DNA of 64,000 nt, taken from positions 1,440,001 to 1,504,000 of the forward strand of contig OY760142.1 of assembly GCA_963663225.1 (NCBI GenBank), in the 5' to 3' direction. The position numbers were made by a program, and so were the translations under genes. The notes below the pieces were generated by a model. That model worked only from the letters and a program-made list of their open reading frames with translations. It had not been told where the DNA came from and did no database searches. Source of the DNA: Nitrospirota bacterium. Lineage in GTDB: Bacteria; Nitrospirota; UBA9217. Within the stretch, counting starts at the first letter, position 1; every line of letters begins with the position of its first letter. Shown in pieces: positions 54,887 to 64,000 of the stretch.

Positions 54887-56799
54887 TGAGTCCGGAACAG
54901 GCCATTATTATTTCCATATTCGCTTGCATCGCGGGAGCAGTGCTGACGCTTGCTGTTTCGCGCAGAAAAACCCTCGCAGGCTGGATCACCTTCTTTACAA
55001 CGTCGTTCACCGCGGTCCTGATATGTTCAGCGGCCTTGAGCGTGCTGACAACTGGGCCTTCGCATGAGCCGGCGGCGCTTTCCTTTGTCGGGATTTTTGG
55101 TTTCACTGTCCGCTTCTACGTCGACGGTCTGGCAGCTGCGTTTTTAATGCTGGCCTCCTTCATCGCCGTTATGGCATCCTTGTATTCCATCCGGTACATG
55201 CGCCATTACGAACAATACGGCGTCGCAAGATACTATCCGAACTTCCTGCTGTTCCTTGGCGGCATGTACGGCATTTTGAGCACCACGGACATGATGTGGT
55301 TTTTCTTTTTTTTCTGGCAGATGATGACGCTCTCCAGCTACATGCTGATCCGGTTCGAAAACAAAAATCCCGCAAATATCCGTGCGGCGAACAAGTATCT
55401 TGTCATGATGCAGATAGCCTGCGGGGCGGTGATGGCGGGCGCCGCGCTGCTTGTTCCGGCCAGCTCCTCTTCAGGCGGTTTGAAGTATGATTTCGATGTA
55501 GTAAGTTCCACGCTGCCTGCGGTTCTTTCCGCTGATCCCGGAACGGCGGTTTTTGCCTTTGCGCTGTTTCTCATCGGATTTGGCATCAAGATGGGAATGT
55601 GGCCTTTCGGCCAGATATGGCTGCCGGACGCTCATCCTGCTGCGCCGTCGCCGGTCAGCGCGATGCTTTCCGGTGTCATGATAAAAACCGGCGTGTACGG
55701 CCTGTTGCGGTATTTCTTCTGGCTTATACCTCCTGCTGCAGGAGACCGATTCCCGCTCGCTGGATGGGGAATGGTCGTAGCCGTTCTCGGCACGGTCACC
55801 TTGTTTACCGGCACGATGCAGGCGCTCAAGCAGGAACAGTCGAAACGCCTGCTCGCCTTCCACAGCATCGGCCAGATAGGCTATATTCTTCTGGGAGTCG
55901 GCGTCTGCATGGCCCTGGTCTCTTCCCGGGACAGCGGCTTTACGGCTTTTGCCGCCATTGGCTTTTTGGGAGCGTTGTACCACGTAATAAACCACGGCAT
56001 TTTCAAAAGCCTGCTGTTTCTGAATGCCGGTTCAATGCTGTACGCAACAGGAACTCAGGATCTGAACAAGCTTGGCGGCCTGATGAAATTCATGCCGTTA
56101 ACGGCCGTCACGGCAATGGTGGCCTCGTTCTCCATCTCCGGGGTTCCCTTGTTCAACGGATTTGTGAGCAAATGGGCCATTTACGTCGCCGCGGTGCAGG
56201 GAAGCGGGAATGCCCACTACCTTGCTGTCTGCGCGGTCATTGCCATCCTGACCAGCGCTATCACCCTGGCATCCTTTATTAAATTTTTCGGGGTGAGCTT
56301 TCTCTCCCGAACGAGCGCACTGGTTGAGGAGAAGGCCGCAACGCATGACAAACTTGAAGCAACCTGGATGATGCAGGCCCCGCAGCTTCTGCTGGCCGCG
56401 GCCTGTATTATGCTCGGTGTCGCGCCTGCAGTCATGTTTAATGGCATGCAGATGGTGCTGGAGGCAAGCCGTCAGGGGTACGGTGCCGTGCTGGCCGGTG
56501 CCGCGCCAATGGCGGGCGCTCCGCTGGCAGGGGTGCAGGAGTATCAGGGCATGGCGCTGTTCGCTCCCTGTGCGCTTGCTCTGCTGGTCGGTATCCTTTT
56601 TCTGCTTTCCTACGGCATTTCAAAACTCGGCGGGGCCAAGCGGCGCGCTGTTGCTCCCTGGCTCTGCGGCTACGTGCGTGAGGCGGATTGCCATCGCTAT
56701 ACCGCGCATAATTTTTACGGTGAAATTAAACGATATTTCCGCTGGCTGGGCGGTACGGCTTCCCATCCTGATAAACACAATGAGGTGAAGGGACACTAG
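54886..56799 (+). CDS. Proton-translocating antiporter-like subunit (HycC/HyfB type)
   Basis: GIKMG.WP..WLPDAHPAAPSPVSAMLSGVMIKTGVYG, KRLLAFHSI, NHGIFKSLLF, GVPLFNGFVSKW. Confidence 0.9.
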   Translation: MSPEQAIIISIFACIAGAVLTLAVSRRKTLAGWITFFTTSFTAVLICSAALSVLTTGPSHEPAALSFVGIFGFTVRFYVDGLAAAFLMLASFIAVMASLYSIRYMRHYEQYGVARYYPNFLLFLGGMYGILSTTDMMWFFFFFWQMMTLSSYMLIRFENKNPANIRAANKYLVMMQIACGAVMAGAALLVPASSSSGGLKYDFDVVSSTLPAVLSADPGTAVFAFALFLIGFGIKMGMWPFGQIWLPDAHPAAPSPVSAMLSGVMIKTGVYGLLRYFFWLIPPAAGDRFPLAGWGMVVAVLGTVTLFTGTMQALKQEQSKRLLAFHSIGQIGYILLGVGVCMALVSSRDSGFTAFAAIGFLGALYHVINHGIFKSLLFLNAGSMLYATGTQDLNKLGGLMKFMPLTAVTAMVASFSISGVPLFNGFVSKWAIYVAAVQGSGNAHYLAVCAVIAILTSAITLASFIKFFGVSFLSRTSALVEEKAATHDKLEATWMMQAPQLLLAAACIMLGVAPAVMFNGMQMVLEASRQGYGAVLAGAAPMAGAPLAGVQEYQGMALFAPCALALLVGILFLLSYGISKLGGAKRRAVAPWLCGYVREADCHRYTAHNFYGEIKRYFRWLGGTASHPDKHNEVKGH

Positions 56800-56800
56800 C

Positions 56801-58483
56801 ATGATTGCTCGTGAAAGATTGAATCAGTTAAAAGAGAAACTCGGGCAATCGCTCCTGCGGGCCGACCTTCCGAGCGACCGAAGTCTGTTCGTCTATATCG
56901 AACCGTCGGCGCTCAAGGAAGCCTGCCGATATGTTTTTTATAATCTTGACGCCCGATATATCATCAGCATCGGGCTTGATGACCGCCCGTATTCCGGCTC
57001 GTTCATGGTTGCGCATAATTTCGCCTTTGATAAAGACGGACTGTTGTGCAGCCTGCTCGTTCGTGTTTCTGCAGAGAACCCGAAACTGGACTCCATTACG
57101 GACGTAGTGGCCGGTGCGAACTGGGCGGAGCGTGAGATGCACGACCTGTTCGGCATCGAGCCGGTAGGACATCCCTATCTGAAACGGCTGGTATTGCCGG
57201 ACGGATGGCCGGACAACATCCATCCCCTCCGGAAGGACGTGCCGCACGATCATGTGCCCGAAGGCTTTGACGAAGAGCGGGAATTCAAGTTCAGTGAACC
57301 GCCTGCGGGCTGCACCGTGGTGCCGTTCGGGCCGTTTCACCCGACCCTGGATGAACCGGAGCATTTCCGGTTGTATGTGGAAGGCGAAATGGTGCGGGGC
57401 TGCGAGTATCGCGGGTTTATGGTCCACCGAGGAATTGAAAAACTGGCGGAATCGGTCCTCGGCTACAACGATATCCCGATGATGGCTGAGCGCATCTGCG
57501 GCATTTGCGGCTGCGTGCACAGCGTCGCGTATGCGCAGGCGGTCGAGGCCGCCGCTGCCATCAAGCCGCCGCCGCGCGCCGAGTACATGCGCACCATCAT
57601 GCTCGAAATTGAACGCCTGCACAGCCATTTGCTGTGGGTGGGGCTTGCCTGCCATATCGTAGGCTTCGATACCCTGTTCATGCAGAGTTTCCGCATCCGT
57701 GAGCCGATCATGTGGATCGCTGAAAAGATAACCGGCAACCGGAAAACCTATGGTCTTGTTCTGATCGGAGGGGTGCGTTGGGACATTACACCGGACCTGA
57801 AAGCGGAACTGCGCCAGGTGCTGGACACGCTCGAAACGGAATGGCGTCCCGTCACGGCGGCCGTCAGCAAGGACAGAAACATTCAGAAGCGTACGCGAGG
57901 CGTCGGCATGGCGGATCAGGCGCTTGCTAAAAACATGGGTCTTGCCGGGCCGGTTGCGCGCGCCGCAGACGTCGACATCGACTCCCGGCGGGACCACCCG
58001 TACGCCGCGTATGACCGCGTTGATTTCAACGTTATTACTGCAGACGGCTGTGATGTCTGGTCGCGCATTGTAGTGCGGATGCAGGAAGTGTTCGAATCGA
58101 TAAAGATTATCCGCCAGTGTCTTGAGAAAATGGAGGAAGGCCCCCTTCGTCTGGACATTGCGGATGAGCTGCCGATAGGACGTCTGGGAATGACCTCTGT
58201 TGAAGCTCCCCGCGGCGAAAGCCACCATTTCGTCGTGACCGGCGAGAACAACCGCCCGCGGCGGTGGCGGGTCAGGGCCCCGACGTATCAGAATCTTCAG
58301 GCGGTGCCTGCAATGATCCAGAACCAGCAGATTGCCGATATGACGATTTCTCTCGGCAGTATAGATCCCTGCTTCTCCTGCACGGACCGGCTTGAAACAA
58401 TTGATCTGAAGTCAGGCCAGAAGAAAGTGTGGTCGCAGACGGAGTTGTTCAATTTAACGCGGAAAAGAAAGCGGGAAAACTGA
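56801..58483 (+). CDS. Group 4 [NiFe]-hydrogenase large subunit (HycE-like, fused NuoC/D architecture)
   Basis: GPFHP, HRGIEK, L1 RICGICGCVH, EAPRGE, L2 DPCFSCTDR plus a cleavable C-terminal tail. Confidence 0.93.
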   Translation: MIARERLNQLKEKLGQSLLRADLPSDRSLFVYIEPSALKEACRYVFYNLDARYIISIGLDDRPYSGSFMVAHNFAFDKDGLLCSLLVRVSAENPKLDSITDVVAGANWAEREMHDLFGIEPVGHPYLKRLVLPDGWPDNIHPLRKDVPHDHVPEGFDEEREFKFSEPPAGCTVVPFGPFHPTLDEPEHFRLYVEGEMVRGCEYRGFMVHRGIEKLAESVLGYNDIPMMAERICGICGCVHSVAYAQAVEAAAAIKPPPRAEYMRTIMLEIERLHSHLLWVGLACHIVGFDTLFMQSFRIREPIMWIAEKITGNRKTYGLVLIGGVRWDITPDLKAELRQVLDTLETEWRPVTAAVSKDRNIQKRTRGVGMADQALAKNMGLAGPVARAADVDIDSRRDHPYAAYDRVDFNVITADGCDVWSRIVVRMQEVFESIKIIRQCLEKMEEGPLRLDIADELPIGRLGMTSVEAPRGESHHFVVTGENNRPRRWRVRAPTYQNLQAVPAMIQNQQIADMTISLGSIDPCFSCTDRLETIDLKSGQKKVWSQTELFNLTRKRKREN

Positions 58484-58548
58484 TCCCTGCGGCAGGAATC
58501 CCTTGCCTTCTGCCGGAGGGGACTCCCCTTGCGAACTTGGTATCTCTT

Positions 58549-59475
58549 ATGGAAAACAATATAGGGGCAATGACCATAGGCGGACTCGTGAACGTGGCAT
58601 TGGTGCTGCTGCTGGCGCCCCTGTTTCACGGCGTTCAGCGCAGGATCACGGCGATTATTCAGTCCCGGAAGGGACCGCCACTGCTGCAATCCTACTTTGA
58701 TCTGCTGAAGCTGCTGGGCAAGGAAGACCTGGAATCGGGCCAGTCTCCGTTCATGCAGCGATTTGCCGCTTACCTGTCGCTTGCGACCATGCTGGCTGTG
58801 GCATGTTTCGTGCCGATGGGTTTCGCCGCTCCGATGAACGGGGGTGGAGATGCCATTCTCCTGATCTATCTGCTGACGTTCGCCGGCATCTGCATCATGC
58901 TTGCCGGGCTGGCGGCCGGTTCCACCTATGCGCTTGTGGGCATCAGCCGCCAGATGATGACCATGATAACGCTGGAGCCCTTGTTTGCCGTGGCCATTAT
59001 CATCGGCGCCGTCCATGTTCATTCATTCCGGCTCGATGACGTGCTCAGCGGATCAGTATATGCGGTCAATGGCTTCCCCTGGTCCGGCATTCTTATGATG
59101 GCCGTGATGCTCCTGTCGTTCCAGGCCTTTGTGGATCGCATGCCGTTTGATATCAGCGAGGCGGAAACAGAAATCATGGAAGGGCCGCTGATGGAGTATT
59201 CTGGCCCGAAACTGGCGGTGTTCAAATATGCATCCATGGTGAAACTGATTGTCTACAGTGCGCTTTTTGTGGCGCTGTTTGCACCGTGGGGAAGGGATCT
59301 TGCCGAACCGCTGGGGTGGCTGCTCTTCTGGATAAAAGTGTCTGCGCTGGTGCTGCTCGTGACGCTGGTGGCCGCGACGCATGCGCGGTACCGCATTGAT
59401 CAGGCCATCCGGTATTTCGCGGTTCTGCTGCTGTTTGCACTCGCCGCACTGCTTCTGGCGAGCTATGGATTCTGA
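58549..59475 (+). CDS. Membrane subunit HycD/NuoH-like
   Basis: QSRKGPP..Q.YFDLLKL, PFDISEAETE..EG..EYSG, ARYR. Start uncertain (58549 or 58570). Confidence 0.9.
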   Translation: MENNIGAMTIGGLVNVALVLLLAPLFHGVQRRITAIIQSRKGPPLLQSYFDLLKLLGKEDLESGQSPFMQRFAAYLSLATMLAVACFVPMGFAAPMNGGGDAILLIYLLTFAGICIMLAGLAAGSTYALVGISRQMMTMITLEPLFAVAIIIGAVHVHSFRLDDVLSGSVYAVNGFPWSGILMMAVMLLSFQAFVDRMPFDISEAETEIMEGPLMEYSGPKLAVFKYASMVKLIVYSALFVALFAPWGRDLAEPLGWLLFWIKVSALVLLVTLVAATHARYRIDQAIRYFAVLLLFALAALLLASYGF

Positions 59476-59487
59476 CCGAGGTGAGGC

Positions 59488-60012
59488 ATGTCTGTCCTGA
59501 GTAAGTTGAAAGAAGCGATTGTCTGCCTGAAGGCGGGGCGGGTAACGATGCCGTATCCGGCGCAACCCAAACCGGTGCCTCCGCGGTTCAGGGGCCGTCC
59601 CATCTGGAATGCGGCAAAATGCATCGGCTGCGCAGGCTGCGCGAACAATTGTCCGGCGCGGGAAATCCTCCTGTTTGACGTCTGCCAGGAGGTCCGCATT
59701 CTGAAATATCTCGGCCGCCGCTGCACCTACTGCGGACGGTGCGCGGAAGTCTGTCCCGAGAAAGCCATCACCATGAGCCAGGAGTTTGAGAACGCAACCA
59801 CCAGCATCAATGACATCAGCCAGAAACTCGACCTGTTCATGAGCACGTGCCAGCGCTGCGGACGGTGCTTCAAGGAGCCGTCGCCGCTGGAGCAGCTGAA
59901 ACTCAAAGGCTACCGGTTTGACGATTTGCAGAACGACCGGTGGGTGTTCCGCTCGCGGAGCTACGAAGAGGGCGAGCCGGTTCTCGACGATATCAAGATA
60001 GAAATGGATTAA
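59488..60012 (+). CDS. 2x4Fe-4S subunit HycF/NuoI-like
   Basis: FRGRP, CIGCAGCANNCP, CTYCGRCAEVCP, CQRCG. Confidence 0.9.
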   Translation: MSVLSKLKEAIVCLKAGRVTMPYPAQPKPVPPRFRGRPIWNAAKCIGCAGCANNCPAREILLFDVCQEVRILKYLGRRCTYCGRCAEVCPEKAITMSQEFENATTSINDISQKLDLFMSTCQRCGRCFKEPSPLEQLKLKGYRFDDLQNDRWVFRSRSYEEGEPVLDDIKIEMD

Positions 60013-60017
60013 CCGCC

Positions 60018-60554
60018 ATGTTAAAGGACCTCTGTAAAAAAATGTTCGGCCGTTCGCTCTGGGTGTATCACGCGAACAGCGGCGGCTGCAATGGCTGCGA
60101 TATCGAAGTGCTGAACGTGCTTACGCCCTACTATGACGCCGAGCGCTTCGGCATCAAGCTGGTCGGTTCTCCCCGCCACGCGGATGTCATGCTCTGCCAG
60201 GGGCCGGCCATGCGCTCCACCGCCAAAGCGCTGAAACGGGCGTATGAAGCGATGCCTGCTCCCAAGCTGGTGTTCGCAATCGGGCACTGCGCCTGCGGCG
60301 GCGGATTGTGGTATGATACGTACCCTGTCCTCGGGCCGGTTGAAAAAATCCTTCCCGTCAACTACTATATCCCCGGCTGCCCGCCGCGTCCGGAAGCCAT
60401 TATTTACGGCGTTGCGGTGGCCCTTGGCCTGGTGGAGAAAAAAGCGGCACCGGTGCAATTCAAGCAAACGGAATACGCCATTCCCCTTTACCATCCCAGT
60501 GATCTGCACGCACAGAATGAATTGGTAGTATACGAAAAGGTCGAGAAAATATAA
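60018..60554 (+). CDS. Group 4 hydrogenase small subunit (HycG/NuoB-like)
   Basis: GGCNGCDIE, SPRHAD, GHCACGGG, PGCPPRP; start ATG 60018. Confidence 0.92.
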   Translation: MLKDLCKKMFGRSLWVYHANSGGCNGCDIEVLNVLTPYYDAERFGIKLVGSPRHADVMLCQGPAMRSTAKALKRAYEAMPAPKLVFAIGHCACGGGLWYDTYPVLGPVEKILPVNYYIPGCPPRPEAIIYGVAVALGLVEKKAAPVQFKQTEYAIPLYHPSDLHAQNELVVYEKVEKI

Positions 60555-60777
60555 CCGGTGCCCGAACCGTATGTTGCCAGAGAGGAAATCGCGCGACCGG
60601 CATTTTCCTCGTGAAAAAAACTACCCGCCTCTGCTTACGCCTCAGATTCATCGGCCGCAGCAAACAACAGCGAATCACCTCTGTACCACTTGAAAAATAT
60701 CCTGATTTGTGTATACTCCATGCAGAAAAGCTGCGAGTATGACCCTCCGGTGATTTTAAGAAGAGAACAGGGCCCTT

Positions 60778-61689
60778 ATGACGTCATTCAGAAGAAAACG
60801 GATAGGCGATATTCTCATTGCCAAGAAACTTATAACGCAGGCGCAGATCAGCACCATTCTGCCGAAGACTGACGGCAGCCGGACGCGGCTGGGAGAACTT
60901 CTGGTAGCCGAAGGACTGGTCAGCGAAGAAGACCTTGCGAAGGCCCTGGCAGAGCAGCGGGACCTGCCGTACGTCGATCTTATGAGCTTCCGGGTAGACC
61001 CGAAGTTTTTTGAAACCATCTCCGTCGACCTGATGCGGCGGTACCTGTTTGTCCCTTTGGAAGACGGCGGCGACGTGCTGATCGTGGCAATGTCCGATCC
61101 GAATAATCTTCCCGCAATCGACGAACTCGAAATGATCTTGAACCGTCAGATTGAACTCCGGGTAAGTACGCCGCATGACATTGAAGCCGTTCTGAGCAGG
61201 GGCGACAGCCCGGCGCCGACACTTCCCGAAACTCCGGCAGCGAATGATTTTCCCGCCGTAAAAACAGAGGATATTCTTTCCTTCTCATCGTTCAGCAGCG
61301 TCAAGCAGCCGGCTGCCAAACACACGCACCGCGTACAAAACCTGATTATCGTCGGCGATCGCATTCTTGTCGATCCTGATGAAGGCGCGGACAAAACGCC
61401 TTCAGGCTTGTATCTTCCCCCGACCGTGAAGGAAAAGGAAAAAATTCTCGGTGGAAAAGTGGTAAAGGTGGGCCCCGGTTATCCTATTCCGGACGCAATT
61501 CCGCACGAATCCTGGAGCCCGGGAAAGAATGCGATAAAATATCTTCCGCTCCAGGCATTGGAAGGCGATTATGCCATTTTTCTCAGAGAGTCGGCGATTG
61601 AAATTGAACTTGAAGAAAAAAAATATTTAATTGTTCCCCACTCAGCCATTCTCGCTTTGTTCAGAACAGACCTGCCTGAAGAAATTTGA
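60778..61689 (+). CDS. Fusion of an MshEN/T2SSE-N domain to a GroES (Cpn10)-like domain
   Basis: RIGDIL...RLGELLVAEGLVSEEDLAKALAEQ, VAMSDP, a linker, then GDRILV.P...KTPSGLYLP..KEK..GKVVKVGPG...GD.AIF...Y.IV...IL. Confidence 0.8.
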   Translation: MTSFRRKRIGDILIAKKLITQAQISTILPKTDGSRTRLGELLVAEGLVSEEDLAKALAEQRDLPYVDLMSFRVDPKFFETISVDLMRRYLFVPLEDGGDVLIVAMSDPNNLPAIDELEMILNRQIELRVSTPHDIEAVLSRGDSPAPTLPETPAANDFPAVKTEDILSFSSFSSVKQPAAKHTHRVQNLIIVGDRILVDPDEGADKTPSGLYLPPTVKEKEKILGGKVVKVGPGYPIPDAIPHESWSPGKNAIKYLPLQALEGDYAIFLRESAIEIELEEKKYLIVPHSAILALFRTDLPEEI

Positions 61690-62096
61690 CCAATAAACTC
61701 CTTCCCATGCCTTTCGCATATCCAAAAGAGTAGCAGCAAGTGCCCAACTGAAGCGTGTCTCCGCGTTTTTCTTGCTTCACCTTCCTGCCGTTTTCCAAGA
61801 AGCGCACATTATGCCGTCCAGACCAGATCACACAGCGGTTGTTCTAAGTATGATAGAATTAGGCAGGAAAACAAAAGAATTGTGTCTTTATAAACTGTTT
61901 GTTCGTGACCACTATTCAAATATTCAGCCAGGATGTTCTTCTGTAGAAATTTCAAAAATAGAACTTTATGCGTACAGGAGTGGGAAAGAATGAGGAAACG
62001 TACGGCCGCGCTATTCGGACAGGTTGTTATGGGCGGCAGGTACTTATCTAAATGGCACGAAGATATCAGGAATACATTAAAAAAGGAGGCTGCCCA

Positions 62097-63143
62097 ATGC
62101 AGAATATTCCAGCGTATGCCGCATTAACAGCAAAGGCGCAATTGGTACCGTATTCCATCTCGCGCCGTGAACCGGGTCCAAAGGATGTTTTGATCGATAT
62201 TCTTTACTGCGGGATTTGTCATTCCGACATTCATCAGGTCCGAGATGAATGGGGTGGGGCCATCTTCCCCATGGTACCGGGCCATGAAATTGTGGGGAAA
62301 ATAGCGAAAACCGGCAGCGAGGTCAAAAAATGGAAAACAGGAGACATTGTCGGGGTCGGCTGTTTTGTTGATTCCTGCCGCAAATGCGATGCCTGCAAAG
62401 ACGGAGAAGAGCAATTCTGCGAAGAAGGGATGACTCTTACCTACAACAGCTACGAGCGGGACGGCAAGACGCCCACGTATGGAGGCTACTCCACCCGCAT
62501 TACCGTAAACGAAGACTATGTGCTGAGAATCCCAGGCGGACTGCCGCTCGAACGCGTGGCACCGCTTCTGTGCGCGGGCATTACCACATACTCGCCGCTG
62601 CGGCGTTTCGGTGTCAAATCAGGAGACGCCATAGCGGTAGTCGGGCTGGGAGGGCTTGGCCATATGGGGGTGAAACTGGCAAAAGCCATGGGGGCGCACG
62701 TAACGGTGCTGAGCCATTCGCCGAGCAAGCGCGACGATGCGCTGCGTCTCGGTGCGGACGATTTCATCGCCACCCGCGACGAACAGACGTTCAAGCACAA
62801 TGCGAAACGGTTTGATTTTATTCTCGACACGGTATCGGCGATGCACGACTATAATGCGTATCTTAACCTGCTGCGCCACGACGGAACCATGGTGTTGGTC
62901 GGAATTCCCGATCCGACACCGCTGTCGGCCGCGCCTCTTGTCATGCAGCGCCGCAAGTTGGCGGGGTCGCTTATTGGAGGAATCCGCGAGACCCAGGAAA
63001 TGCTGGATTTTTGCGCGAAACACGGAGTGGCTTCCGATGTTGAAGTGATTCCGATTCAGAAAATAAATGAAGCATATGAACGCGTGGTCAAAAGCGACGT
63101 GCGATATCGCTTTGTAATCGATATGGCCAGTCTTAAATCCTGA
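62097..63143 (+). CDS. Zn-dependent NAD(P)H alcohol dehydrogenase (cinnamyl-ADH/YahK-like)
   Basis: CGICHSD, GHEIVG, CxxCxxC, LLCAGITTY, GLGGLG, RYRFVID; AGGAGG RBS before ATG 62097. Confidence 0.95.
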   Translation: MQNIPAYAALTAKAQLVPYSISRREPGPKDVLIDILYCGICHSDIHQVRDEWGGAIFPMVPGHEIVGKIAKTGSEVKKWKTGDIVGVGCFVDSCRKCDACKDGEEQFCEEGMTLTYNSYERDGKTPTYGGYSTRITVNEDYVLRIPGGLPLERVAPLLCAGITTYSPLRRFGVKSGDAIAVVGLGGLGHMGVKLAKAMGAHVTVLSHSPSKRDDALRLGADDFIATRDEQTFKHNAKRFDFILDTVSAMHDYNAYLNLLRHDGTMVLVGIPDPTPLSAAPLVMQRRKLAGSLIGGIRETQEMLDFCAKHGVASDVEVIPIQKINEAYERVVKSDVRYRFVIDMASLKS

Positions 63144-63219
63144 GCAGGAGTCGCAACCATCGTGATCCGGCAGCGGATCAATCTGCATTTCTTGAAGCTT
63201 CACCCGCGGCATGGAGCAG

Positions 63220-64000
63220 CTATGATGCCATTTCTTTTATGTGCTGAATAATCGAGTTCACAGCCTGCTGCGCGCTGCCATAAAGCATGCGGGTATTCTC
63301 AGCGTAGAAAAGCGAATTTTCGATGCCAGAATATCCCGCCCCTTTGCCGCGCTTGATCACGATAACGTTTTGCGCTTTGTCTGCGTCCAGGATAGGCATG
63401 CCGTAAATGGGGCTCGACTTGTCAATGCGCGCGACGGGGTTAACCACATCGTTCGCGCCGATGACGAGGGCCACATCAGCCTGGGGAAACTCTGCGTTTA
63501 TTTCCTCCAGGTCAAAAATCTTGTCGTAGGGGACTCCGGCTTCGGCAAGCAGAACGTTCATGTGGCCCGGCATGCGCCCTGCCACAGGATGTATCGCAAA
63601 CTTGACTTCCACGCCCGCTTCCTCCAGAAGTTTGGCCATTTCCCATACCTTATGCTGTGCCTGCGCCACCGCCATGCCGTAGCCAGGCACAATAATGACC
63701 TTGCGCGCGTAGCGCATCATTGCAGCCGCATCAAGCGCGGTGACTTCCTTCATGGTGCCGCTCATGCCTGCAGCGCCTGTCTGCACCTCGCCGGTGATGG
63801 GATTAAACAGGATGTTTGTCAGCGAGCGGTTCATTGCTTTTGCCATGAGCTGGGTAAGCAGTGTTCCTGCCGCACCGACCACAATCCCGGCGATGATAAG
63901 GGCGGGGTTTGCAAGCACGAAACCTTCGAAGCCAACGGCAAGACCGGTCGTTGCGTTAAACAGGGAAATTACGACAGGCATGTCGGCACCGCCTATGGGG
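63220..64000 (-). CDS. pntB: NAD(P) transhydrogenase beta subunit (5' part outside the window)
   Basis: IGGADMPVVIS, MNRS, PGYGMAVAQAQH, HPVAGRMPGHMNVLLAEA, GANDVVNP. Confidence 0.96.
   Translation of the reverse strand, partial: PIGGADMPVVISLFNATTGLAVGFEGFVLANPALIIAGIVVGAAGTLLTQLMAKAMNRSLTNILFNPITGEVQTGAAGMSGTMKEVTALDAAAMMRYARKVIIVPGYGMAVAQAQHKVWEMAKLLEEAGVEVKFAIHPVAGRMPGHMNVLLAEAGVPYDKIFDLEEINAEFPQADVALVIGANDVVNPVARIDKSSPIYGMPILDADKAQNVIVIKRGKGAGYSGIENSLFYAENTRMLYGSAQQAVNSIIQHIKEMAS

Noticed and set aside
56828-58228. Long antisense ORF (466 aa) and similar shadow ORFs (52304-53332, 5071-5946, 35186-35929, 28322-29307)
   Set aside because: They mirror well-supported genes on the opposite strand and have no motifs, as expected from codon bias.
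50370-58483. Selenocysteine in the FdhF-like protein or hydrogenase large subunit
   Set aside because: No in-frame TGA at either active site, so the window gives no independent proof of Sec usage.

Overview
Bacterial chromosomal window, probably an anaerobic Nitrospirota-like organism (inferred from the 16S sequence and gene content, not from a database search). It holds a complete rRNA operon (16S, tRNA-Ile, tRNA-Ala, 23S, 5S) and housekeeping genes (tyrS, pyk, pcnB, rsmE, rpiB-glyA-dCMP deaminase-nrdR-priA, smpB, pntB). Metabolic modules are a sigma54-preceded acyl-CoA ligase/ferredoxin/CitE-lyase operon, a GntR-glycerate kinase-divergent enolase-TTT transporter operon, and a group 4 [NiFe]-hydrogenase operon led by a catalytically degenerate FdhF-like subunit and an NAD(P)H module. 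There is also an AT-rich islet of membrane/lipoprotein genes. The strongest novel candidate is absent from the ORF track: a small ORF (36655-36777) with its own promoter and strong RBS, ending C-H-K-UGA-K-S-UGA-K-S-UAA. It is followed by a SECIS-like hairpin and then a radical SAM/SPASM gene, suggesting a two-selenocysteine RiPP precursor and its maturase. Other notable items are an MshEN (c-di-GMP receptor)-GroES fusion, a 22-aa Lys-rich microprotein, and EndoQ plus a 2B-less UvrD, both with clamp-binding-like tails. No CRISPR array, transposase or integrase was seen.
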